In this document: in pieces, positions 51,243 to 61,567 of the stretch
Layout of the letters: each line of letters starts with the position of its first letter
How positions within the stretch are numbered: position 1 is the first letter of the stretch
NCBI GenBank assembly: GCA_963739685.1
Contig: CAVUAX010000006.1
Span: forward strand, 73,670-137,669
Length of the DNA stretch: 64,000 nucleotides
Reading direction: 5' to 3'
Source: an uncultured Bacteroidales bacterium
Lineage (GTDB): Bacteria; Bacteroidota; Bacteroidia; Bacteroidales; VadinHA17
Notes under the pieces: generated by a model
What the model was told of the DNA's origin: nothing
Databases searched by the model: none
What the model saw: the letters and a program-made list of their open reading frames with translations, nothing else
Position numbers and translations under genes: made by a program

Positions 51243-53519
51243 ATGAAATTTTTCGGGTGGAGCTCAATTGACAGAGCTTTTGATTTCAGGTCAGCAGGCA
51301 GATGGCTGTTACTGGGTTCTATTGTAGGTATTATAAGCGGTTTGGGTGCGATCCTTCTTCAATCACTACTTGTTCTCGTAAAAGAATTTTGTGTTATGCA
51401 CCTTATGGGATTAAACCCGATGGGACCAGGAGGGGAGCATGAAGCTTCTCTTTTTTCAATTGGTAATTTTAATCCTTATCTGATTGTTTTATTACCGGCC
51501 CTTGGAGGTCTGGCAGCCGGAGTACTTATATTTAAATTCGCACCGGAAGCAGAAGGTCATGGTACAGATGAAGCCATTAAGGCATTTCATCGAAAGCGTG
51601 GTATAATCAGACCCTCGGTCCCGATTGTGAAACTTCTTGCATCAGCAATAACAATAGGAACAGGAGGTTCAGGAGGACGCGAGGGACCAATTGCCCAGAT
51701 CGGAGCAGGTTTTGGAAGCTTCCTTGCGATACGTATGAAGCTTGATATCAAAACCCGCAGGTGGCTCTTAGCTGCGGGAATGGGGGCAGGTATTGGCAGT
51801 ATTTTCAGGGCTCCTCTTGCTGGTGCAATTTTTGCTGCTGAGGTTCTATATTCATCTGCCGAAGTAGAAGCTGAGGTTCTTCTGCCGGCAGCTGTATCGT
51901 CAATAATTGCTTTTTCAGTTTATTCTTTACGTTATGGATGGGATCATATTTTCTCTAATGCCGGACAGCACGGGTTTTCTCAACCTCTTGAACTGATTCC
52001 TTATACAATTGAGGCATTATTACTGGCATTTGCAGCTCTGGTATTTGTAAAGTCTTTTTATGGCGTCAGAAAAATATTTACCCAATGGAAGATTCCCAAT
52101 TATATCAAACCATTTATTGGCGGATTGATAACAGGAGGTATGGCTCTGTTACTAATGAGTGTTACAGGTGAGAGAAAATTCACTATAGATATTATGGGTG
52201 GAGGTTATGGAATATTACAGGAAATTATGGAGAACGGAATCTCCAAAATTGGCCTTCAAATCCTGTTACTTGTTGCAGCAGGAAAAATACTGACTACTTC
52301 TTTTACCATTGGGTCAGGAGGCAGCGCAGGAGTATTTGGTCCTTCAATGGTCATAGGAGGCACTATTGGTGCAGCCTCAGGATATCTTCTCCAGTTTATC
52401 TTTCCGGGTTTTACACTTTTTCCTTCAACCTTTGCAATAGTAGGTATGGCAGGCTTTTTTGCTGCTGCAGCCAACACGCCTATATCCACTATAATAATGG
52501 TAAGTGAATTAACAGGTAATTATGAGCTTCTCTTGCCCAGCATGTGGGTATGTACAATATCTTTCCTTGTCGCCCGAAAATGGAGTATATATCAAAGCCA
52601 GGTCCCGGAGAAGAAGGATTCTCAGGCTCATTTCGGAGAATATGCTCATGACATCTTCAAAACAATTACTGTAAAAAATGCCTATAACAAGAATAAAAAT
52701 AATATGATTTTACAGGAAGATATGTCTATAGAAGATATTCTGATGACTCTGAAAAATATTAAACAGAGAATGTTTCCGGTTGTCAATAAAGAGAATCGCC
52801 TTACCGGTACTTTCTACATCAAAGACCTTCCCAGGTTGCTTCAGCAATCTGAAAATGAAATTAAAACCATAGGTGATATAATGCAGTATCATGAGCTTAA
52901 GGTAAGTCTTAATGAAATGATAGATAAGGCTCAGGATATAATGCTTCTTAACAATGTGGATGAGCTGGTTGTTGTTGATGACTTTGATAACCCTGAACAG
53001 GTGCTTGGCATTATCACTACTGCTGATATTATTAAAGCTTACAAGAAGGAATTTAACCTGCTCAAATCGGGAAAAGAGAGGCCTGAATCGTTACCAGGTG
53101 ATGAATCGTTGCTTAAACATATGAACCTCAATAAGGTGCTCGAGAAAGGATTTTTAACTGTTGATCCGGATGCGACCCTTGGGGACCTTGTTAATATTTT
53201 TGCAAAAGCAAATCGCAATATTTTTCCTGTTGTTAATAAAGAAAATCAGTATTTCGGGATAATAATGTTGAACGATATCAGGAAGATCCTATTTGATGTT
53301 GATAAATACAACTTGATCATAATAAAAAATATAATGACCCAAACACCTGAAATCATATACACTGATGACAGCATGGAACACGTTATGGCATTATTTGAAA
53401 GAAACAAAACATGGAATCTGCCTGTACTTGACCATCATAATAAATATGTAGGAATGGTGTCCCAATCTACACTTTTCTCCTCCTATCGTAATCAGTTAAT
53501 ACACCAGACAGAAACTTAA
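51243..53519 (+). CDS. ClC chloride channel / Cl-/H+ antiporter with extended CBS region
   Basis: AEGHG, GSGGREGP, FRAPLAG, GGSAGVFGP; the C-terminal ~290 aa appear to be two CBS pairs. Confidence 0.9.
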   Translation: MKFFGWSSIDRAFDFRSAGRWLLLGSIVGIISGLGAILLQSLLVLVKEFCVMHLMGLNPMGPGGEHEASLFSIGNFNPYLIVLLPALGGLAAGVLIFKFAPEAEGHGTDEAIKAFHRKRGIIRPSVPIVKLLASAITIGTGGSGGREGPIAQIGAGFGSFLAIRMKLDIKTRRWLLAAGMGAGIGSIFRAPLAGAIFAAEVLYSSAEVEAEVLLPAAVSSIIAFSVYSLRYGWDHIFSNAGQHGFSQPLELIPYTIEALLLAFAALVFVKSFYGVRKIFTQWKIPNYIKPFIGGLITGGMALLLMSVTGERKFTIDIMGGGYGILQEIMENGISKIGLQILLLVAAGKILTTSFTIGSGGSAGVFGPSMVIGGTIGAASGYLLQFIFPGFTLFPSTFAIVGMAGFFAAAANTPISTIIMVSELTGNYELLLPSMWVCTISFLVARKWSIYQSQVPEKKDSQAHFGEYAHDIFKTITVKNAYNKNKNNMILQEDMSIEDILMTLKNIKQRMFPVVNKENRLTGTFYIKDLPRLLQQSENEIKTIGDIMQYHELKVSLNEMIDKAQDIMLLNNVDELVVVDDFDNPEQVLGIITTADIIKAYKKEFNLLKSGKERPESLPGDESLLKHMNLNKVLEKGFLTVDPDATLGDLVNIFAKANRNIFPVVNKENQYFGIIMLNDIRKILFDVDKYNLIIIKNIMTQTPEIIYTDDSMEHVMALFERNKTWNLPVLDHHNKYVGMVSQSTLFSSYRNQLIHQTET

Positions 53520-53746
53520 ATTACGATAACAATTGCAGCTCATGTCATGTTGAATCAATAAGGTTTGACCACAGAGAATTTAATTCCATCGACATAGCCT
53601 GATGCTTCACCATGTTTTTTTGAACCAAATATTTCCTTCTGATTCCAAATTCCCGGCTATTATCTGGCTTATTCCTGTTTAGAACCAGAGGGTATTCCTA
53701 TTCTGTTTCAAGTTCGGATGCAGTGCCTGAATTTAAGGGAAGATTA

Positions 53747-56492
53747 CTATTTGGTCCCGCTGCCTGAGCTCATTTCCGATAAAATAGCTTTCATTTCCTG
53801 AAGTTCCTTTCCATAACCGGCCCAGTTGTTTTGTTTTAAATACTCAATGGCTTTGTTGTAATGGTCAAGTGCCTCCTGGGCTTTAGCCGAAAGAGAAGTC
53901 TTCACAATATTTTCGATGTCTTTTACTTGCTGGCACAGGCACTGAATCCTGTAACCCGGAGCTGTTAAAAATCGCCTGAAGAGACTCTTCCAGCGTTCTT
54001 TTCATCTCAATCTGATCATTATAGGCAACAATGACTCTTTTCAATTCAGGAATTTTGCCCTGTTCTGATTGCAGATAAACAGGTTCCACATAAAGGAAGG
54101 AATTTTTTATCGGGATTATAAGCTGGTTTCCTTTGAAAACCTGTGACCCCTGCTGTCCCCAAAGAGTGAGTTCGGAAGAAATGTCCGGCTGCTGATTAAT
54201 CCTTGCTTCAACCTGCATTGGCCCGTATATCAACTTATCTTTGGGAAGCGAATATACAATCAGATCTCCGTAATTAGGTGCATCGCAACGGGCACACATC
54301 CAGGCAATCATATTATCCTTTTTGGACGGAGTAAGCGGCAGCATCAGGATATATTCTTCTTCTTTAGTTCCGGGCAAACGCATGATAATGTAATACGGAA
54401 ACATTTTCTGCTGTGCTGTTATTGTAGCTTTCATTGGGGACCGCCCAATAGTCTTCCTGATTGTAAAATACCTTTGGATCAGTCATGTGATATACATTGT
54501 ACATTTGGGTTTGTATATTAAACAGGTCGGTGGGGTACCGGATATGGGCTTTCAAAAACTCAGGCATTTCACTGAAGGGTTTGAAAAGTCCTGGGATATA
54601 TTTTCTGAAATGTTTGAATAATCGGGTCTTTGGGATTAATCACATAATAGGAAACATCGCCGTTATAGGCATTTATCACCACTTTAACCGAGTTATTGAT
54701 GTAGTTGAAGCCCCGTTCGTTCAGGTTTTGTGAGACAGGCTCCGAATAGGGAAACATATTGCTTGTGGTATAGGCATCATGTATCCAGTACAGTTGTCCG
54801 TCCTGCCCGACCACAAGATAAGGCTGGCTGTCATAGGAAAGAAAAGGGGCAATAATTTTATCACGCTGTGTAATATTCCGATAAAACATGATGCGGCTTT
54901 GGTCGGTCAGATAATCGGTAAGAAGAATTTTTATGTCGGAAAATTTCCAGGCATAAACGATGCGCTTAAACAAATTGGAAATACGGACACCCCCTTTCCC
55001 GGCGTAACTTGTATAAACATTATCGTCCCCTTTAGGGTAATCAAACTCTTTGGCTGTTGTGTTTACCAAAACAAACTGATCGGACTCTTCACCATAATAA
55101 ATACCCATTTGTTTTAAGTTAAGGGGTACCGTGGTTGTCGGGGGGATGTCCTGAACAACTAAATTGGGCATCCCGTTAGGCAATATCTCATTAACCGGGT
55201 TCATAACCACACCATAGCCGTGTGTAAAAATCAAATGTTTGTTAACCCAGGTTTGTGCGCGGTCAGGTATTTGCGAAACCGGTAATTCTCTTGCTGCCAG
55301 CGCCACTTCTGTATATTTGTCAAAATGATAGCGATCAACCTGGACACTGTTAAAATCATAATAAAGGCGAATTTCCTGCAATTGCTTATAGGTTTGAATC
55401 AAAGGCCTGCGGTCCCATAACCGGATGTTCTCGATGGTGTTACGATTTTCCTGAATGTCCTTATAAGTAATTGTTTGGTCAACAGGAAATGGTTCAACCT
55501 TAATTTTATTTAAGCCATAAGCTTCGCGTGTTAATTTGATGTTGTTCAGAATATAAGGCGTTTCTTTTTGCAGTTCGTTGGGTTTCACAATGTATTGTTC
55601 GATGAGGCCTGGGGTGATCCCTACAAAAACAATCAAAACCAACACCCACAGTCCGACGAAATACAAAATAATTTTCTTTTTCCTGAAAACCGGCGATAAA
55701 AATAAAAGCAAGGTGATAACAATGCTCAGGATGAAAATGACCCAATAGGCCGGAATCTGTAGCATGTACATCCGCGTAAGACGGACCGTAAGCTGCTCCG
55801 TGGGAGGAATATAAAATATTGTACAGTTTCAGGAAATAGAATGCCGAAATGCCCAGCACGAAGAATCCGGCCAGGCTAAGTAAATGTCTTTTTACTGCTT
55901 TGGGAACCTGAAAACCTTTCCCTGTTGCCGAAATGGCGTTATCGAGGTAATATGAAATAAGAACAGCAATAAATGTCAGTACCACCATGAAAAGATACCA
56001 GCCGGTGATAAACTGGTAAACCGGAAGTTTAAATACATAAAACCCGGCATCCTTACCAAAAATAGGTTCCTGAATACCAAAAGAAGAAGCATGGATGAAT
56101 TGCAGAAAATTGTTCCATTGATCGACGGCATAAGAGCCCATAAAAATGCCAAGAAACAAAATCAGTGCAGCCCACATCCAAAAAACAGCCTTCCCCTTGT
56201 AAATCTCTAAAATAATTTGTCGCGGATCGTCGGCCGGAAAATGCAGGGTTCCCCTGGTTGGAGCTCCTCTCTTGCGCGCAATGCGAATGTGGAGACTAAA
56301 AAACAGGACAAAAACCAGAAAGAACAAGGTAAAAGAAACGGCCTTGGCAATAATCATGGTATTAAATACCGAGCCATACTGCATATTGTTGAACCAGAGC
56401 CAGTCGCCATAGTAATTTAGGAACAGGTTTAATAAGTAAAAAGCCACTAAAATGGCGGCAATGATGATTATTATCTTTTTGTTTTTTTTCAT
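53747..56492 (-). pseudogene. UPF0182 (COG1615) membrane protein interrupted by four +1 frameshifts
   Basis: DWLWF, FYVFKLP, YADVH, KPNE..KE.PYI..NI..TR.AYGL, NIRLWD, HLIFTHGYG, YLVV, RYPTDLF, YVEPVYL, IPELKRV; tail AQEALDHYNKA..L..NNWAGYG ends TAG at 53747. Breaks near 55760, 54590, 54413 and 53925. Confidence 0.85.
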
Positions 56493-56549
56493 CGATTTTC
56501 CTATTTAAGTAAAGAACTGAAATGAAAAACAGACTTCGTGGTTATATGA

Positions 56550-56722
56550 CTATTGAATGCATTTATAATTATACTGCCGGTTCCGGTTCCAATTTCTAAT
56601 ACGTTACCTTGTGTACAGTTAATCTAATTTTGAAAATATTCATTATCAGGAGCATCTATATTATGTTGATATGGGGTGTCATAGAAACGGCCAAAATATT
56701 TTGGATACTTAAAGATCATCAT
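56550..56722 (-). pseudogene. 5' remnant of a class I SAM-dependent methyltransferase
   Basis: Manual translation from ATG 56722: MMIFKYPKYFGRFYDTPYQHNIDAPDNEYFQN*INCTQGNVLEIGTGTGSIIINAFNS. Contains motif I VLEIGTGTG and an in-frame TAG at 56624-56626; truncated. Confidence 0.7.
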
Positions 56723-57082
56723 TGTCTGACTTTAAAATCCTTATGGTTACAAATATTTGCTCAGATAAATTTATATTAATGAACAGAATCCGGAACCGAT
56801 ATCAATATCCGGGCTATAAGTTAAGCTAAAAATTTTAACCTCACAGATAAAAATAACAGGTCCTCTAAATCATTAACTTAAATTATAGGTTTTTGTTTAA
56901 TCTTATGTTTTGTGAGTTTACGGAATCATGCATAAAAATAGTTAGAACAGTTTACTCTTGTCAGATAAAGTTATTATTGCAATGACTCAATTCCAAAAAC
57001 TATCACAAATTTAAAAAGAACTTTATAAAAAAATACTAATACCAAATCCGGTTAAAATGTCAAACCGCTTTTCATGGGTTAA

Positions 57083-58795
57083 CTAATAACCTGCCGCCCT
57101 GCCATCAAAACTGCGTGAATCGGCAGCTCCATATAATAACCCATTATTGCGGTTTACAAATATTCCCATTGCTGAGCCCTGGCTTGACTGCTGTATTACT
57201 TTGTGACCCATCATTTCATATAAGCATTTTGTGTCAGGAGAGATTCCCCATTGTTCAAATGTTGTAATATCGGGCAGCCATTGATGATGAATCCGTGGAG
57301 CTTCTATTGCCTGACCGATATTCATATTGAAGTCTATTACATTAAGCACAACCTGAAGTACTGTGTTAATAATTGTTCTTCCTCCCGGACTGCCGATTAT
57401 TAATACCGGTTTGCCATTTTTTGCAACTATTGTGGGTGTCATGCTTGACAACATCCTCTTTTGCGATGCAATAAGATTTGGAGGAGTGCCTATTAAACCT
57501 GCAGAGTTTGTTAATCCGGGAACTGGATTAAAATCTCCCATTTCATTATTCAGCAGGAACCCTGCGCCTTCCACAACCATGCGGGAACCATAGCTTGCTT
57601 CCAGTGTAAATGTCATTGATACAGCATTTCCTTCTTTGTCCATAACAGATAAATGAGTTGTTTCAGGACTTTCATGGGGAAGATATGCAGATGAGAACTT
57701 CGAAGAATCACTTATTGATGCCTTGAACAAATCAATTGTTGAACGTAATTTTTGCCCATATGACTTTGAGATTAATTCTTTTACAGGTATCGAAGGGTTA
57801 AAATCAGGATCCCCGAGATAAAGCGCTCTGTCGGCGTAAGATCTTCTCATTGCTTCTGTAAGTATATGGAGATACATTGCTGAGTTTTGTCCCATCTTTG
57901 TGAGATTGAAACCCTCCAGAATATTCAGCATTTCAACCAATGCCACACCACCTGAACTTGGTGGTGCCATGGCAAATATATCATATCCCCTGTAGGTACC
58001 GTGAACCGGCTCAATTTCTTCAGCTTTATATAAGGAGAGATCTTCTTTTGTTATTAACCCTCCTGTTGATCTCATATAATTTTCTATTAGCTGAGCAGTA
58101 ACACCTTTGTAAAAACCATCAGCACCTTTCTTTTGGATTAATCTCAGTGTTTTTGCCAGGTCAGGTTGTTTCCATATTTCACCGGGTTTATAAACTATTT
58201 CGCCATTTTTCAGAAACGATTTTGCTGTTGAAGGATAGGCATCCTTGTTCTGCATGACCCACTTCATGAATCCCTGCATGTCCCATCCTGAAGGAAAGCC
58301 ATTTTCTGCCAGATCAATTGCAGGTTCTAAAAGCCGGGTCCACGGTAGTTTTCCTAATTTCTGATGTGCCAGGTACAATCCTGCCACAGTACCCGGAACA
58401 CCTATTGATAAGGGACCTGAGTGGTTGGAATTATTTTTTATTTTTCCGTCATTGTTGAGAAACATATTTTCTGTTGAAGCTAATGGTGCTTTCTCTCTGA
58501 AATTGAATGATGTTGTTTGCCCGTTACTGCTATGAAAGACGAGAAAACCGCCGCCTCCGATATTCCCTGCTGAAGGCAGGGTAACTGCCAGGGTAAATGC
58601 AGTGGTTATTGCAGCATCTACTGCATTCCCCCCCTTTTCCAGTATCTTCTTTCCTGCTTCTGAAGCAAGGTAATGGCTGCTGACAACCATCCCGTTTGCA
58701 GAGGGCAAAGGAGTTCTTCCACTTTGTGCATAACAAGACCAGTATGGAGATGCTAATAAAACTATAACACTAATAATACATTCCCGAAATTTCAT
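57083..58795 (-). CDS. ggt: Gamma-glutamyltransferase, exported
   Basis: GGNAVDAA, GNIGGGGF, FREKAP, PPSSGG, ETTHLSV (Thr nucleophile), LNNEMGDF, LSSMTPT, GSPGG. Confidence 0.95.
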   Translation of the reverse strand: MKFRECIISVIVLLASPYWSCYAQSGRTPLPSANGMVVSSHYLASEAGKKILEKGGNAVDAAITTAFTLAVTLPSAGNIGGGGFLVFHSSNGQTTSFNFREKAPLASTENMFLNNDGKIKNNSNHSGPLSIGVPGTVAGLYLAHQKLGKLPWTRLLEPAIDLAENGFPSGWDMQGFMKWVMQNKDAYPSTAKSFLKNGEIVYKPGEIWKQPDLAKTLRLIQKKGADGFYKGVTAQLIENYMRSTGGLITKEDLSLYKAEEIEPVHGTYRGYDIFAMAPPSSGGVALVEMLNILEGFNLTKMGQNSAMYLHILTEAMRRSYADRALYLGDPDFNPSIPVKELISKSYGQKLRSTIDLFKASISDSSKFSSAYLPHESPETTHLSVMDKEGNAVSMTFTLEASYGSRMVVEGAGFLLNNEMGDFNPVPGLTNSAGLIGTPPNLIASQKRMLSSMTPTIVAKNGKPVLIIGSPGGRTIINTVLQVVLNVIDFNMNIGQAIEAPRIHHQWLPDITTFEQWGISPDTKCLYEMMGHKVIQQSSQGSAMGIFVNRNNGLLYGAADSRSFDGRAAGY

Positions 58796-58847
58796 ACGTT
58801 TATAATTTATTTTTAATAATTATGCCACTTAGTTCTCATTGATCAGC

Positions 58848-59570
58848 TTAATCCTTAACACAGCGTACAGAAAATCCAGATTTATAACTACTGTCCAGGT
58901 GGGATAAAATTACTGATTTGTTATCATAACTAATTGTCTGGGAGTAGGGAAAATCTTCAGAGTACACGGTAGAACACCACCAATGACCCTCATGTCCCAC
59001 GAACATGAACGACCCACCGTAATAGGAGCGCATTCCAGCTGGAAGAGCTGTAAAACCGCTTTCATTGTTAGCCCCGGTATTAGGACTATTCCAATGAGAT
59101 GTGCCTGTTTCTTTCAGCTTACCCCCGGCAACACCTTCCCCGCCCAGATAAGTCTTTAAAATTTCCCATTCCGCATCGGAGGGCACATGCCAGCCAGTCG
59201 GGCATAAATTACCGCTATTTAATGCGTACCAGTTGTATAGTGCACCATATTTGCTCTTATATTTAGTTGCATCGTTATTAAACCAGCAATATCCCGGCTG
59301 GTTCAGGTTTTTCCATATATTTTTATCTGTCACCAAAGATATTTGAGTACCATTATTGAATGTTGTGGTTTTCAGGTTTTCTGCCATCCATGTTTGAGTA
59401 CCAATAGTCACAGTCTTATACGTATTGCCCTCCCGATCTGTCATACTGCCATAGTTGATTGCTTTATTGAAATTAATATCCGGAACTTCATCTTTCTTAT
59501 TACAGCTAAAAGTGAACACTAATCCAGCTGTTATTAATAAAAATTTGAAAATTTTCTGGTCCCTTTTCAT
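58848..59570 (-). CDS. FISUMP (Fibrobacter succinogenes major paralogous) domain lipoprotein
   Basis: Lipobox FTFSC; D.EGN.YKTV.IGTQTWMAENL, YGALYNW, CPTGWHVPSDAEW, SGFTALP, GFSVRCVKD. Confidence 0.9.
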   Translation of the reverse strand: MKRDQKIFKFLLITAGLVFTFSCNKKDEVPDINFNKAINYGSMTDREGNTYKTVTIGTQTWMAENLKTTTFNNGTQISLVTDKNIWKNLNQPGYCWFNNDATKYKSKYGALYNWYALNSGNLCPTGWHVPSDAEWEILKTYLGGEGVAGGKLKETGTSHWNSPNTGANNESGFTALPAGMRSYYGGSFMFVGHEGHWWCSTVYSEDFPYSQTISYDNKSVILSHLDSSYKSGFSVRCVKD

Positions 59571-59599
59571 ACCTTTAATTTTTTTTACAGATCAACCCG

Positions 59600-59715
59600 A
59601 CACCCTCATTCGTGGTACTATACTCCGGTTACCAGATCGTAGTCCTATCAATGTTCTGATAATTACCACGGTTGTCATTATAACCTCTTTCCGGTAAAAT
59701 TATTCATTATTCAGG
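59600..59715 (-). pseudogene. Possible degenerate fragment of a second FISUMP gene
   Basis: Manual translation ILPERGYNDNRGNYQNIDRTTIW*PEYSTTN resembles the FISUMP segment ALPGGYR...G.F.NIG..G.WWSSTEYSTTN. Confidence 0.4.
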
Positions 59716-59893
59716 CTTAAGTCAATTTTATTTTGATAGTTGAATTTCACGGCATCTCAATCCTGCATTTAATTAAGCAAAAAGTCAGAATGAGAAATTA
59801 ATCGTTACTGGATACAATGATTATATCGCGAAGTTACTTCAAGCATCATTACAGGAACTTGTCAATCTGAGGTGAGATCAACCTGTCAGCGCA

Positions 59894-60052
59894 TCAGTGC
59901 GATGATTTGTTTTCTGATTTACCCGGGAAATATGAAGACTCATAATTAAATCCGTTCTCACGTAACCACCAGCGAAATGCTTTGGCAACCTTTCTTCTTT
60001 TTAATAAGAATACACCCATTTCTTTTGCATCGATCCGGTAATTAATTTTCAT
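59894..60052 (-). CDS. Small basic hypothetical protein (52 aa)
   Basis: MKINYRIDAKEMGVFLLKRRKVAKAFRWWLRENGF...; starts 28 nt after the stop of 60081..60647. Confidence 0.45.
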   Translation of the reverse strand: MKINYRIDAKEMGVFLLKRRKVAKAFRWWLRENGFNYESSYFPGKSENKSSH

Positions 60053-60080
60053 TCCTGTGCGATTTAAAATTTGATCATAA

Positions 60081-60647
60081 TTATTCCAGATCATAATTAT
60101 CGAATTTTTTAAGATAATCATATATTGAGGTCCCCAGCACATCTTTCCTGTTTATCGTTCCATTTGAATTAAGGAATACCTGCAATGAGCCGGCACCACC
60201 AAGATGTGATGCTGCAATCATTCCTGCTCTGGTTATTACGACACCTTTGATAGAGTTTCCAATAAAATGTTCATAATCTGCTAAATATTTAAGATTAATC
60301 CCAATTAAAGTCTTTAATGCTTTCAATTGCAGTTCCTTCGGAAAAATGGCCGGATTGCCTTTAAACTTTTTCAGGGTTATTTTACTATATCCAAGATACC
60401 GTAAAGTAGATTCGGAAAACTGCCATTCACCGAAACAACCTATCCGGTTAACGGATAACCAATTGTTTCCTGATTCTCTGTGTCCAAGGTCATTAATAAA
60501 TCTTGAAAATTCCGATTCATAGTAATCCTTTTTTACATTTTCTGATACAGATTTAAATTTTAGTGTGGTCAACCTGGAATCAATTATAGGTGCAGTACAG
60601 ATATGAAAAATAAATATTAAAAAGATTGTCAGTAATACTTTCCTCAT
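60081..60647 (-). CDS. Exported lysozyme-like / transglycosylase-like protein
   Basis: Signal peptide; LGHRESGNNW, G.FGEWQF, AASHLGGAG, D.LGTSI.DYL. The ES plus GxxQF arrangement is typical of lysozyme-superfamily folds. Confidence 0.65.
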   Translation of the reverse strand: MRKVLLTIFLIFIFHICTAPIIDSRLTTLKFKSVSENVKKDYYESEFSRFINDLGHRESGNNWLSVNRIGCFGEWQFSESTLRYLGYSKITLKKFKGNPAIFPKELQLKALKTLIGINLKYLADYEHFIGNSIKGVVITRAGMIAASHLGGAGSLQVFLNSNGTINRKDVLGTSIYDYLKKFDNYDLE

Positions 60648-61073
60648 AGGTAGTAAGGTTAGAAATATTTGTGGTATTTTAAGTAGTAACTCAGTTTGTA
60701 AAAGTAGAATTTAAAACATTTCATGGCAAGTGCCGAAGGCCCGGGGACGGGCAAAATAAGCCATGGATATTTCTGTTCATCCAAGAATTCAGAACGAATA
60801 TTCATTCAAAATAATGATTAGCAACCGAAAATAGTAAGTTCGTCAAAAAAGGATTAAATTTTATGAAAATACTTTGGTCACCCTGAGTGATCAGACATAC
60901 CATAAGATGCTAAAGCAAAGAAATCCAAAATAATATAAAAATCTAAAGGTCTCTTATTTAAATTAAACTCTAAAAATGGGATTTTGACTAACGGTTAATT
61001 AATAATGATGAAAAATCATGAAATTGGTGAATATTCAGACATTATGAACCTGAGTTAATTCTCATTACCCTTT

Positions 61074-61231
61074 GGTTCCATATTTCCGACAGAAGTCACC
61101 ACATCAATATTTCAGGATATAAACGGAGAGATTCTTACAATAATGATAATTCGGACATTCCCGAGGGCAAACTTGCTGGGAAAGAAATGCAGGAATCTGA
61201 ATAGAAGTACCGGACAATTTTTGAACATAAC
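61074..61231 (+). pseudogene. Remnant of a PAS/PAC sensor gene
   Basis: Manual translation GSIFPTEVTTSIFQDINGEILTIMIIR / DIPEGKLAGKEMQESE*KYRTIFEHN is a decayed PAC motif plus DITERK.AE..L.ESEEKYR linker; frameshift near 61154, TAG at 61202-61204. Confidence 0.7.
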
Positions 61232-61567
61232 GTAGTAAAGGACGGAATATAATTGTCACTTTAACCTCCGCACCCGGGAGAATTTCAAAAGAGAAATTTA
61301 TTCAGAGTTAAAAGATCTGTTGTTAGTGTATTATTCCACAGCCAGAATATTCCACAGAGCAAAAAAATCATCAATTTTATATTGAAAACGTAATTATTTC
61401 TGGTTATTAATGTATGATATATTAATTCTACTTTGACAGATTGAAAAATCAACCTATTTTTACCCTCCATCCCAAATAGGAACAGGTTGACTTTTCAACT
61501 TTCTCTCTTTTTGGACCGGGTAATAGAAGCTTAAAAATCGTTAATAACAAGAACCTTTCAAAGTAGA

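Noticed and set aside
53520-53746. Spacer with coding-like minus-strand fragments (…GYVDGIKFSVVKPY*)
   Set aside because: Could be another remnant, but I cannot assign a family
53747-56492. Programmed frameshifting or phase variation in UPF0182
   Set aside because: The four breaks are not at slippery heptamers or long homopolymers, and four recoding events in one gene are implausible
60722-60765. c-di-GMP-I (GEMM) riboswitch, suggested by GGCAA...GAA...GGGACG..CAAA
   Set aside because: Spacing is wrong and the second hairpin is missing; kept only as an unassigned structure
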